Program-made: the position numbers and the translations under genes
Part shown: in pieces, positions 27,718-37,517 of the stretch
Position numbering within the stretch: the stretch's first letter is position 1
How the letters are laid out: every line of letters starts with the position of its first letter
Assembly: GCA_051532035.1 (NCBI GenBank)
Contig: JAOPTW010000027.1
Span: 64,001 to 128,000, forward strand
DNA length: 64,000 bases
Reading direction: 5' to 3'
DNA from: Fibrobacterales bacterium
Lineage (GTDB): Bacteria > Fibrobacterota > Fibrobacteria > Fibrobacterales > JAOPTW01
Notes under the pieces: model-generated
What the model was told of the DNA's origin: nothing
Database searches by the model: none
Seen by the model: the letters and a program-made list of their open reading frames with translations, nothing else

Positions 27718-30360
27718 TTATTTAATTTTAAGCGAGTATCGTTTTGACCACCACACAACAAATGGTGAGGCAACAAAGACAGATGAGTAAGTACCAACTA
27801 TAACACCAATGATAAGTGCATAAGCAAACTGTTGTACTGCGGGACCACCTACAAGTGCCATTACTACAACAACAAAGAGTGTTGTAATAGATGTAATTAC
27901 GGTACGAGAAAGAGACTGGTTAATAGAGATATTCACTCTGCTATCAAAAGAGTCTTTTCCGAGCAATTGTGTATTCTCACGAACACGGTCAAATACAACA
28001 ATCGTATCATTCAGAGAGTAACCAACAATAGTGAGTACCGCTGCAATGGTCGTAGCATCAACACTGAAGTCCATTATAGCAAAAACACCCAAAGTAATAA
28101 TCACATCATGCGTAAGAGCAACTACTGAAGCAAGGCCAAACCCAAGACCGTTTCTTCCAAAACGCATCCAGATGTAGAAAATGATAATAAGAAGTGAAAG
28201 ACAGATTGCCCAAAGAGCATCTTCTTTTAGTTCTTTACCTATTGATGGTCCAACCATTTCTTCATTAATTACTTCTGAGGTGAGGTTTACTGCAGCAAGA
28301 CTTGAAAGAATCAATGAATCAACGCGTATCCCTTTACTTTCGTTTTTAATAGAGATGAGGTAGTGTGTTTTTCCACTTGGTGATTCAACAGGACGTACTA
28401 TAGATCCTTTTAGAACTTTTTCACTATTAAGTGCTGTTGAAACTTGGCCAGCTGTAACGCCTTTTTGGTCAAGCTCTACAGTAATTACGTTACCACCAGT
28501 AAAGTCGATACCGTAGTTCAAGCCGTGTATTGCAAGTATTGCGATTGATGCAATAATAACTACACCTGAAAGCACTGCTGCGATATGACGCTTTGGAATA
28601 ATCTGAAGATTAAGGTTACGGACAAAAGCAAAATCTTTACCAATACTCATTTTGGTAGAGTCGTTTGATTTCATAGTAAGATCAAAGAAATAACGAGTAA
28701 CAAAGAGAGCAGTAAAGAGTGATGCAAGAATACCGATCATCATGGTAAGTCCAAAACCTTTAATAGGGCCAGCACCAATGTTATAGAGGATAAATGCAGT
28801 AAGGAATGTGGTAATGTTCGCATCCATAATAGTTGAAAATGCTTTTTCATAACCAGCAGAGATAGCAGTACGTACCGTTTTACCTGCAGCAAGTTCTTCT
28901 CTAATTCTCTCAAGGATAATCACGTTCGCATCGACCGCCATACCAATTGTAAGAAGGATACCAGCGAGACCAGGAAGGGTGAGTGTCGCATTAAACATCG
29001 ACATTACGCCACCAATAATAACCACATTAAATATCACTGCAATAATTGCATTGATACCTGCACCTGCGTAGTAGAAGATCATGAAGAGAACCACAAGAGC
29101 CATGCCGTATACCGCAGAGCTGATACCGCTTTCAATATTCTCTTGACCAAGTGTTGCACCTACAGAACGTAGCTCAATGATCTCCATCGGGGCAGGTAAT
29201 GCACCAGCTTTAAGAACAATTGAAAGTTGTTTTGCTTCGTTCATGTCATCAAGACCAGTGATCTGTGCTCTACCATTCGCAATTTTTGTTTGAATCACTG
29301 GAGCAGAGATAACCTGACCATCAAGAACGATTGCCATTTTTCTACCGATATTGTTACCAGTAACTGTTGCAAATTTTTTCGGACCAAGACCTTTGAATTG
29401 AAGATCAACCGATACTTCACCAACACTCATACCATCAGATACACGATTCGCTGTAGCGTTGTCGATCTCACGACCATCCATTTCGTAGCGTTTTTTAAGA
29501 AGGTAGAGACGTTTAACTTTTTGCCCTTCAACTTCATCAGTACCCATACCCCATGCAAACTCGAGGTCAAAAGGAATTTTTGAAAGGACTGTTTTGTCCT
29601 CAAGAATTGTTTTTACTTTAAAGAGGTCTTGATCTTTAACAACGATTACCCCTTGTGGGCTTGGTTGAAGAAGGCCAGTAAACCCAATTTTCTTAATCTC
29701 ATCCCAAACGTTATCAGAAGTAACTTCTGTACCTTCAGCTGTTGCTGAGTCAGCAGCGAGTGCGTCATCAGTTTTACCAGCAGTACCACCAATGTCGAGG
29801 TTACTGAGTACATCTTCCGCACTCTCTTCTTTTTTCACACTTGCAGAATCAGTTCCTGTAGAATCAAGATCATAGGCTGTTCTGTTTTTTACGTATTCAT
29901 CAATATCTTGATAGACTTTAATGAAGCGCTCTTGTGCAGCAACAATTTTAAATTCAAGTTTCGCAGTACCACCAATAAGTGTACGTGCACCATCTGCATC
30001 TACACCAGCGAGGTCGGCAACAATTCTGTTTTTGCCAGAAGCCATAATAACAGGCTCACTCACACCGAATTTATCCACACGGTTACGAATAATCTCTAAA
30101 CTTCTATCCAGTACACCTTCGCGATCTTTTGCTTTTTTGATAGCCGCAGTGTCAATCTCAACAACCACGTGAGTACCACCGGCGAGATCAAGTCCAAAGT
30201 TTACTGCTTTTTTAGCAGTGCGAGGGAATTTTTCAACAAATTCCTCTTTCTCTTCACCCTGAAGTGAATGCACCTGGAAGGTCGGTAGTAAACTCCAAAC
30301 CGAAAGCCCCAGAATGAGTAAGATAAAAAAGGTTCTAAAACCATTATTGCTTTGTTTCAT
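27718..30360 (-). CDS. secDF: Fused protein translocase subunit SecDF
   Basis: FGLDLAGG, RVDKFGVSEP, LKAGALPAP, GMAVDANV..ERIRE, GIDFTGG, GYSLNDTIVVFDRVRE. Confidence 0.97.
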   Translation of the reverse strand: MKQSNNGFRTFFILLILGLSVWSLLPTFQVHSLQGEEKEEFVEKFPRTAKKAVNFGLDLAGGTHVVVEIDTAAIKKAKDREGVLDRSLEIIRNRVDKFGVSEPVIMASGKNRIVADLAGVDADGARTLIGGTAKLEFKIVAAQERFIKVYQDIDEYVKNRTAYDLDSTGTDSASVKKEESAEDVLSNLDIGGTAGKTDDALAADSATAEGTEVTSDNVWDEIKKIGFTGLLQPSPQGVIVVKDQDLFKVKTILEDKTVLSKIPFDLEFAWGMGTDEVEGQKVKRLYLLKKRYEMDGREIDNATANRVSDGMSVGEVSVDLQFKGLGPKKFATVTGNNIGRKMAIVLDGQVISAPVIQTKIANGRAQITGLDDMNEAKQLSIVLKAGALPAPMEIIELRSVGATLGQENIESGISSAVYGMALVVLFMIFYYAGAGINAIIAVIFNVVIIGGVMSMFNATLTLPGLAGILLTIGMAVDANVIILERIREELAAGKTVRTAISAGYEKAFSTIMDANITTFLTAFILYNIGAGPIKGFGLTMMIGILASLFTALFVTRYFFDLTMKSNDSTKMSIGKDFAFVRNLNLQIIPKRHIAAVLSGVVIIASIAILAIHGLNYGIDFTGGNVITVELDQKGVTAGQVSTALNSEKVLKGSIVRPVESPSGKTHYLISIKNESKGIRVDSLILSSLAAVNLTSEVINEEMVGPSIGKELKEDALWAICLSLLIIIFYIWMRFGRNGLGFGLASVVALTHDVIITLGVFAIMDFSVDATTIAAVLTIVGYSLNDTIVVFDRVRENTQLLGKDSFDSRVNISINQSLSRTVITSITTLFVVVVMALVGGPAVQQFAYALIIGVIVGTYSSVFVASPFVVWWSKRYSLKIK

Positions 30361-30548
30361 GTGATACTCTACTTTTTAAAATCCATATAACGGGGCAAAA
30401 AGCCCATTTTAATATCGAGTAAATGTACATAAATGTCTGGTATTTTCAATTATATTATGTAGTTAGAACGTTATGGGTATTACTCCATAGGTCATTTTGA
30501 GCATTTAAAACCAATTTTTAGAACTCTTTTGTGATATTTTGAGATGCC

Positions 30549-31868
30549 TTAGCCCTCATTTATCACAATTTCAGTAGATTTTGAACCAATTTCAAGAGTA
30601 AGGCTTACCCGATCGCCTAAATGAGTTCGAATTATCGTAAGAGCCCCCCCCTTAGCCTCAATACAACAGGCCCCACTTTGAAGAGTTCTATGGCGCTTTC
30701 TTAACGAGATCATCTCCTTTACAAAAACAAACAGGGGTGACTCTGCTTCGACAGTATCCCACGGAAAGCAACGACGGCACTCTGGATCAGCCCCTCCCGC
30801 AAGCCCAATCTCATCACCATAATAGATACACGGGGCCCCTGGGAGAAAAAAGAGCAGGGCAAAGGCCTGCATCACTCGCTCGTGACTTCCTTTTGCAATA
30901 GTCATAATACGATGGGTATCGTGACTGCCCAGAAGGTTCATTTGGGCATGTGGTTCACTCACCGTAAATGATTTTTGTAATAACCTTAAAAAGTGTTCTG
31001 TTGAAATTTTATTTCCTAGCGATGACTGATCGCCTTTTGGAACTTTGCAGAGAACATTCAGCACTGCTTGCCGAATACGATAATTCATCACCGCATCAAA
31101 TTGATCGCCTGCGAGCCACCGTGAGGGGTCATCCCAGATTTCACCAACAATATATGCATCTGCATTAATCGCCTTTACTCGCTTGCGAAACTCCCGCCAA
31201 AAGGAGTCATCATCAATTTCATTGGGTACATCAAGACGCCAACCATCAATACCAAGACTCAACCAATACTCGGCAACGGAAAAGATAAAATTCCGCACTT
31301 CAGCATTATCAGTATTAAACTTGGGTAGCGCTTTATTATTCCACCAGCACTCATATTCAACGGTTTTTGTCCGGGTATAGGGCTTAATAGGATAGTGATT
31401 TATATGAAACCACTCAGTAAATGGAGACTCTTCGCCTTGCTCTAATACAGAATTAAACTGAAAGAACCCTCGGGAGCAGTGATTAAATACTCCGTCTAAC
31501 ACAATTTTTATGTCTCGATCATGAGCTGCCGCTATCAGCTCCTTGAAATCATCAAGAGTCCCTAGAATAGGGTCAATCTCAAAATAGTCATGGGTATGAT
31601 AGCGGTGATTTGATGCGGAGGTAAATATTGGACAGAGGTAGAGCGCTGTTATTCCAAGATCAGTGAGATAGTCAAGCTTTTCGATCACCCCTCTCAGGTT
31701 ACCCCCCATAATATTAGCATAGGTAGGTTCAGAGCCCCACTCCTTATACACACCAATGGGAGTTACCGACGAAGAACGGGCAAATCTATCGGGAAAAATC
31801 TGATAAAAAATCGCTGATTTGACCCAACTAGGGGCAAAATTATGAGAGTTATTAAGTGGGATATCCAT
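30549..31868 (-). CDS. GH13 neopullulanase/maltodextrin glucosidase-like enzyme
   Basis: FYQIFPDRF, HRYHT.DY, DGVFNH, DGWRLDV, GEIW, LGSHD, YYGDE. Confidence 0.93.
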   Translation of the reverse strand: MDIPLNNSHNFAPSWVKSAIFYQIFPDRFARSSSVTPIGVYKEWGSEPTYANIMGGNLRGVIEKLDYLTDLGITALYLCPIFTSASNHRYHTHDYFEIDPILGTLDDFKELIAAAHDRDIKIVLDGVFNHCSRGFFQFNSVLEQGEESPFTEWFHINHYPIKPYTRTKTVEYECWWNNKALPKFNTDNAEVRNFIFSVAEYWLSLGIDGWRLDVPNEIDDDSFWREFRKRVKAINADAYIVGEIWDDPSRWLAGDQFDAVMNYRIRQAVLNVLCKVPKGDQSSLGNKISTEHFLRLLQKSFTVSEPHAQMNLLGSHDTHRIMTIAKGSHERVMQAFALLFFLPGAPCIYYGDEIGLAGGADPECRRCFPWDTVEAESPLFVFVKEMISLRKRHRTLQSGACCIEAKGGALTIIRTHLGDRVSLTLEIGSKSTEIVINEG

Positions 31869-31917
31869 ATACGAGAATATAGTTTATCAAATAAGCCGAA
31901 ACTGATTTAATTCGCCA

Positions 31918-33468
31918 CTACCAACCAGTACGCGCCAACCGAAAGCCGATAGTGTCACCAACTGTCGTAAAACCAATAGAAGGCTGCTCACTATTGCTCC
32001 ATTTCCACGCAACGGGATCTGAATCAAAGTGACCGCCCTTGAGTACGACACTTGTACTAATTTTATAGGGTATGCGAGGATGCACCATTTCTGCAACATT
32101 GCCCGCCATATGATAAAGATTCGCCATAGATGGAAATTTGGTATCAACAACATCAACCCGGCTTCCTGAAATGACAAACTCTCCATATTCCTCTTTATTG
32201 TCAGCAGTACTTTCATCAACAGTCCAAAAATAAGCACCACTATTTCTCTTACTATAAGCGGTTTCCCATTCAACTTCGGTTGGGAGCCTAAAACCATCAC
32301 TCTCTAAATCGATCTCAAAGCCGATAGTATCATTATTCCAGAAAGCCCGTTCATCACCAACACCACTAATAGAATCAAATTGATATGCTTCTTTATAGTT
32401 ATACTCTTCGGAGAGATCATTACAGAATACTGCCACATCAAAAAAAGAAATATTTGCAACAGGATAGCGTTCCTCGTCAACCTCAAAATCAAAGTCGGAG
32501 TTGATACGACCCCATAGTTCATGTGTCACTTCAAAGTTGGCAATAGAGAAGAAGTCCCCAGCAATACTCATCTCTTCAAATGAAGTATCATCAAGGTCAT
32601 CCACATTTTTATGTAACCTTTCTGCCTCATAATAGATCATACTATCCTGACTAAAAAAGTCCATTTCCTCAAGCTTCTTTGCGATTCCATTATGAGCATC
32701 AAGTTCATAATCTCCAGAATAAAAACGTTCACTCAGGACCTCTTTTGAGTCATCATACTCGTCGCCTATAAAAGCAAAGAGATCATCTTCAAATTCGGGC
32801 TTATTATTACGTTTATCAAGAAATTCATCAATAATGCGCTTAATAAACAACTCTCTATTTTCTTCAACATCATCTTTAAAAAACTCAGAGTCTTCATAAA
32901 TAGTAAAATAGAGTTTCCGATCTGTGTCACTGCTTTTAGCATCAACAATCTTGTCCAGCAGTTTTTGCTCAAATTCACTATAGCTTACTAACTCAAGGTC
33001 CGTTGACAGTTCTTCTAATATGAAGCTATTCTCGCTATTTATGTAAATAACGTTATTCGTCGTACTATTCTCGTGCTCATTAATATCCTCCGGCTCCTCC
33101 TCATCTATAATAAACTCTCTTAAGACTGCAACAACATCGAGATCACTAATAAAACAAGTATAGCTCACTGTTACTTTTTGCCCAGCATTTGCAGAGACTT
33201 CAAATTGGAAGGTATTAGCGCCCGATTTAGAGTCATAATTCATGACCCTACAATCATCGTCATCACTACAAAACTTGATTGTTTCTTTAGCGTCATTGAT
33301 TGTTATAACCACAACAACGCTATCAAACCCCTGACCAAAACGCGCGCTATTGAGGGAAACAGAGTAATCACGGTCAACTGATCCTGAATCATCGCTCAAA
33401 ATACATGAGTACAATACCAATGAGATAATAGGGAGTAATAAAAACCGTAACAGCATGTGCAGAGCCAC
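31918..33468 (-). CDS. Lipoprotein with a C-terminal FGE-sulfatase (SUMF1/EgtB/PvdO-like) fold
   Basis: LYSC lipobox; FEVTH, GFRLPTEVEWE, LYHMAGNVAE, IGFRLAR. Confidence 0.85.
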   Translation of the reverse strand: MALHMLLRFLLLPIISLVLYSCILSDDSGSVDRDYSVSLNSARFGQGFDSVVVVITINDAKETIKFCSDDDDCRVMNYDSKSGANTFQFEVSANAGQKVTVSYTCFISDLDVVAVLREFIIDEEEPEDINEHENSTTNNVIYINSENSFILEELSTDLELVSYSEFEQKLLDKIVDAKSSDTDRKLYFTIYEDSEFFKDDVEENRELFIKRIIDEFLDKRNNKPEFEDDLFAFIGDEYDDSKEVLSERFYSGDYELDAHNGIAKKLEEMDFFSQDSMIYYEAERLHKNVDDLDDTSFEEMSIAGDFFSIANFEVTHELWGRINSDFDFEVDEERYPVANISFFDVAVFCNDLSEEYNYKEAYQFDSISGVGDERAFWNNDTIGFEIDLESDGFRLPTEVEWETAYSKRNSGAYFWTVDESTADNKEEYGEFVISGSRVDVVDTKFPSMANLYHMAGNVAEMVHPRIPYKISTSVVLKGGHFDSDPVAWKWSNSEQPSIGFTTVGDTIGFRLARTGW

Positions 33469-33556
33469 CGTGTAATAATTGATAGATGCCGTAAATATAG
33501 TAATCTTTTACCACTACCCAATTCACGACATCTCTAAGTTCCTTATTTGAAATAAA

Positions 33557-35434
33557 TTAAGGCGCTTCAATAAGAAGATAAACAATTGAATATCCATCTA
33601 ATGCAACTGAAATTGAGCCATCTGTATTGGCACTATAGGCAGGGATATCGGTAAGGCCATTGGGCCCCCCTTTCTGTGCGCCCTCATTCATTCTGCCATT
33701 AACTGCTACTTTTTCGGTCCAAACATCATCACCCGCACCATCCACAGCGTACCAATAGTACTCCGAACCCACATCTGCCCCCGCAACATCAAACGCAACC
33801 TTCTTCTCATTACTCGATTTGTTGATAAGAATTACCCCGTAGCTTCCATCTGCAAATCCCGATGCCAGAGAGACAATATCACTCCCCTCACCCTCTGTGG
33901 CAAACTGAACATCACCGAGAATTTGATTGAGATAATAAAAATGGAAAAAGGCAGGATAAGGGTCTGAATCCCCATGACTCGGATCGTGGTTACCAAAAAG
34001 GGCAAAATCACCATCAGTTCCCCGCCAATAGTCCTTTATACCAAAGTAATTTGATGATATAAACTGAAATTTATGCATGTTCACAATAGCATTGACGGCA
34101 TGCATGGCACCAATATGGCTGGTCTGGTGTGGTTTTTTGATGTTCCACTCAGAGAGAGCAATAGGCACTCGCGCCGCTCCGGCCGCATCCAACTCATGGT
34201 TCAAAAGGTTGTAGATCCGCTCTATCTGGCCCCATGCGGTACCTAGTACTGCTTCAGGAGAACTCTCATCATGATCAAGAAAGTATGAATGGGTCGTAAT
34301 AAAATCTGCATAATTCCCCCCATCAGGAGTCTTTAGTTGAGCTGCGAGTTGGCGATTCCAATTGAGCGTAACCCCTTTTTCACTGCCATCCCAAACATTG
34401 TCATCATCGGCAAACATCACCCCCACCATTATATCTACACCAATAGACTCGGCCGCTGCCTTCATAGAGTCTATAAACACCCGTGCATGCTGACCATACA
34501 GTTCACCACTGATATATTCTGGCTGACCATCGCGATTTTGACTCGTATTGATGCGAAAACCACCCTCCCAACAAGCATAGGTCTCATTACCTATCTCCCA
34601 CAGCTTTGTACGACCGTTATCATAACGCACCCAATCAGCGGCATAACTCGCCGCTTTTACAACGGGATTATCACTCAATCCATACCGCGCATACGGGTAA
34701 TTGACCGTTATAAACCCATCTGCACCGATGGTGTTTAATAACTCATAAAACCGTGGTGTATTCATTCTCCCAGGCGATTGATCCATACCCGTAGTAAAAT
34801 CGGTCCACGGACGATCATAAGTAAGTGCTTCAATAGGGAGGTCACCGGGGCGTTGATCAAAAAAGTACATATTACTCATGTCACCCCCCGGAAAGCGAAC
34901 CGTTCCCGGCTGCATATCTTTGAGCATCGCCATTAGACGTTCATCTTCATTATAATTACCCGTATAGGTGGTTGCATTAATGCCATGCATATTAGTACTC
35001 AACTGCCCCACCTGTTTGGATGCATCTATAGTAATAGTCACATCGACCTGCTGTGGCTTCTCACCCAACTCTGTTGCCGTAGGTTGTGGAAACACTCTTT
35101 TAAACTCAATGCCAGAGACGTCATCAGTCTGTGATGATGAGCGCTCATCTATCTCACTGGATAACGATTCACTACTCTCAAAAGAACCCATTGATGATGA
35201 TAGAGAAGAGCCTTCTTCCGACGAATGATCAATTTCACCGTCTAATGATGATTCGTGTAGAGAACTCTGGGCTAAAAAACTGCTACTCCCCTGTTGAGAA
35301 TCGCCTTGAATGAACGAACTGACGCCATCTTCGCCATTTGAAGAGAGGCCTGACGGATCAAGTGCCTCTGAGGTACAATGAACAAAAGCTAACAGGGCAA
35401 GCGCGCTGATAGCAGAAAAAGGTGATACTCTCAT
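33557..35434 (-). CDS. Clan GH-A glycoside hydrolase lipoprotein (GH51/GH44/GH79-like) with a Ser-rich linker
   Basis: FVHC lipobox; VRFPGG, ITVNY, WEIGNE (acid/base), THSY, ALSEWN (nucleophile). Confidence 0.8.
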   Translation of the reverse strand: MRVSPFSAISALALLAFVHCTSEALDPSGLSSNGEDGVSSFIQGDSQQGSSSFLAQSSLHESSLDGEIDHSSEEGSSLSSSMGSFESSESLSSEIDERSSSQTDDVSGIEFKRVFPQPTATELGEKPQQVDVTITIDASKQVGQLSTNMHGINATTYTGNYNEDERLMAMLKDMQPGTVRFPGGDMSNMYFFDQRPGDLPIEALTYDRPWTDFTTGMDQSPGRMNTPRFYELLNTIGADGFITVNYPYARYGLSDNPVVKAASYAADWVRYDNGRTKLWEIGNETYACWEGGFRINTSQNRDGQPEYISGELYGQHARVFIDSMKAAAESIGVDIMVGVMFADDDNVWDGSEKGVTLNWNRQLAAQLKTPDGGNYADFITTHSYFLDHDESSPEAVLGTAWGQIERIYNLLNHELDAAGAARVPIALSEWNIKKPHQTSHIGAMHAVNAIVNMHKFQFISSNYFGIKDYWRGTDGDFALFGNHDPSHGDSDPYPAFFHFYYLNQILGDVQFATEGEGSDIVSLASGFADGSYGVILINKSSNEKKVAFDVAGADVGSEYYWYAVDGAGDDVWTEKVAVNGRMNEGAQKGGPNGLTDIPAYSANTDGSISVALDGYSIVYLLIEAP

Positions 35435-35670
35435 CTGATTCCTACCTGTTTGTTCTCTCCCCCACAAGAGAGTGTATGTGTACGGGTTAATCTATATCGA
35501 ATATAAGCAATGTGTTATGAAAACTTAAAAAACCCATTTAAAATCCTTTTTCACCTATCTCTGTAACAAAAATTAACAATTGACATATTCCACTATACTT
35601 ATGGCTCAAAAGAAATCTATATTGATCACCCTGGGGATTACATACAATAGCAGACTCTATCTGTACTTTT

Positions 35671-37356
35671 ATGACTATTGAGGCAATAATGCAAAAGCTT
35701 ATGTTAGTGGCAACACGTACACCTTTACTTATATCAGGAACACTCCTGGGCTCACTCATACTGTTAAGCAGTTGTGCTCGCGACGGCAGTACCGCCCCAG
35801 AAAGCGACTCTGGTCTTCCTTTATCGAGCAGTCAACTGGTAGAAGTCACCCCCGACTCTACTCAAAGTTCCTCTCAGGGAGCACAGGGGGCCCTGAGCAG
35901 CTCTACCACCACGGAAACATCTTCCCCCTCTACTGAAACAGAGCTATCTTCGGGCTCCACACCTCAACTTTCCTTTGCTATCATCCCTGGTGATGATACT
36001 TCGTCTAACAACCAAGATCAATCATCCCCTGATCAAGCGTCTTCGCACAATGACACAACACAGCCAGATGCCAGTTCTTCTCAAACAAACACCTCTGGCG
36101 AAAGTTCTTCGAGCTCAAGTACTACAACAACCCCATCAAATTTCACTCTGCCACTCAATGACTCAGCAGACTACCTCTTTGATCAAGATGTGATTCGTGA
36201 CTATCACCTTATTCTCGATCCTGACTCCCTCGCACTTATCGACCTTGACCCCGAAGCAGAAAACTATGTCGGTGGTTCTATAGTACTCGACGGCGACACC
36301 ATTGGCCCTGTGGGCATTCGATATAATGGCGGTGACTGCGGAGCTGGACGACTCCCCAAAACGTGCCCGAAACTTTCATTGAAGGTTAAACTTACCTGGA
36401 GCACCTCTAACCTCAGACTCTATGGTAAGAAAAAACTCAATTTTAAAGCAATGCGCAAAGACGAAACTCAAATGCATGAACGACTCGGCTTATGGCTCTT
36501 TAACAAAATGGGCGTTAAAGCCCCCCGTGCTGCCCATGCGAAAGTGTTTGTCAATGGCACCTATACCGGCCTATTTACGCATGTCGAAGAGCCCGATGGA
36601 AAATTTACGAAAGCCCACTTCTCTTCTGACGGAGATGGCAATCTGTATAAAAACACCTGGCCAACAGAGTATACTGATACAGCCAAAACAGAAACTAATT
36701 TTATCAACAACCTCGAGACCAACACTTCTACCACCGATGTCACTCTTATAAAAGGGTTTGCCGATGCGATTATCAGCGCAGGAACGCCTTCTAATGCGGC
36801 CTTTATTATAAAAAGCTATATGGATATCCCAACTACGATGAGTTACATTGCCGTTGACCGTGCTATTCGCAATGATCAAGGCATTTTTCACTGGGATTGC
36901 AATAGTTCTAAAACAAACTGTGAACCAGACAACTTTTTATGGTACGAGGAACCCAACAATCAACTTCTCTCGATTGTTCCTTGGGACCTCGATAAGGCTT
37001 TTGAAAATATCTCTGGTGAGAACAATGCCAACACCTACATAAAAGACCTGTGGAATGTCAAAGAGGATTGCACCCCCTTTGATCAAGGTGACGATTTTCA
37101 AATCTCTGCGGCCTGTGATGATGTCATAGAAGGGCTGGGAACTTTTTCTACCGAGTATACTGCCGCTCAGGCAAAACTCAAGCCTATTATGGGTGACGCT
37201 CTCCTCTTTTTGGAGCATATAAAGACTCAAATTGCTGACGCAACCGGTGCTGCCCATACAGAATATGGGATTCAAGCACTAAGCCTATCCGATTGGGAAA
37301 GTGCTGTTTTAGAATTGAAAAGTGACATTGAGAGTGCGCGGAGTGGACTTCCTTAG
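35671..37356 (+). CDS. CotH kinase family lipoprotein with a Ser/Thr-rich linker
   Basis: LSSC lipobox; KLSLKV, MHERL, VFVNGTYTGLFTHVE, GNLYK, IVPWDLDKAF; exact start uncertain. Confidence 0.85.
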   Translation: MTIEAIMQKLMLVATRTPLLISGTLLGSLILLSSCARDGSTAPESDSGLPLSSSQLVEVTPDSTQSSSQGAQGALSSSTTTETSSPSTETELSSGSTPQLSFAIIPGDDTSSNNQDQSSPDQASSHNDTTQPDASSSQTNTSGESSSSSSTTTTPSNFTLPLNDSADYLFDQDVIRDYHLILDPDSLALIDLDPEAENYVGGSIVLDGDTIGPVGIRYNGGDCGAGRLPKTCPKLSLKVKLTWSTSNLRLYGKKKLNFKAMRKDETQMHERLGLWLFNKMGVKAPRAAHAKVFVNGTYTGLFTHVEEPDGKFTKAHFSSDGDGNLYKNTWPTEYTDTAKTETNFINNLETNTSTTDVTLIKGFADAIISAGTPSNAAFIIKSYMDIPTTMSYIAVDRAIRNDQGIFHWDCNSSKTNCEPDNFLWYEEPNNQLLSIVPWDLDKAFENISGENNANTYIKDLWNVKEDCTPFDQGDDFQISAACDDVIEGLGTFSTEYTAAQAKLKPIMGDALLFLEHIKTQIADATGAAHTEYGIQALSLSDWESAVLELKSDIESARSGLP

Positions 37357-37404
37357 TGAGCGATTATACGCCAGAGCAACAATGTGATTATTTATGCTTC
37401 ACAT

Positions 37405-37420
37405 TGTGACCCAGATCACA
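37405..37420. promoter_or_regulatory. CRP/FNR-family-like operator
   Basis: Exact TGTGA-N6-TCACA (tgtga cccaga tcaca) about 100 bp upstream of the 37518 CDS. Confidence 0.5.
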
Positions 37421-37517
37421 CTCTACCTGCCCCCAATGTAAATTTCCACTTACACTCTATACTGTTCCCTTGAATATTCTATGATTATTCTTTTGCATCT
37501 AATGTTTGGAGTCCGTT

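Noticed and set aside
31918..32200. FGE/C-type-lectin-fold C-termini (here and at 57092) as DGR targets
   Set aside because: No template repeat matching either 3' end and no RT gene seen in this window.
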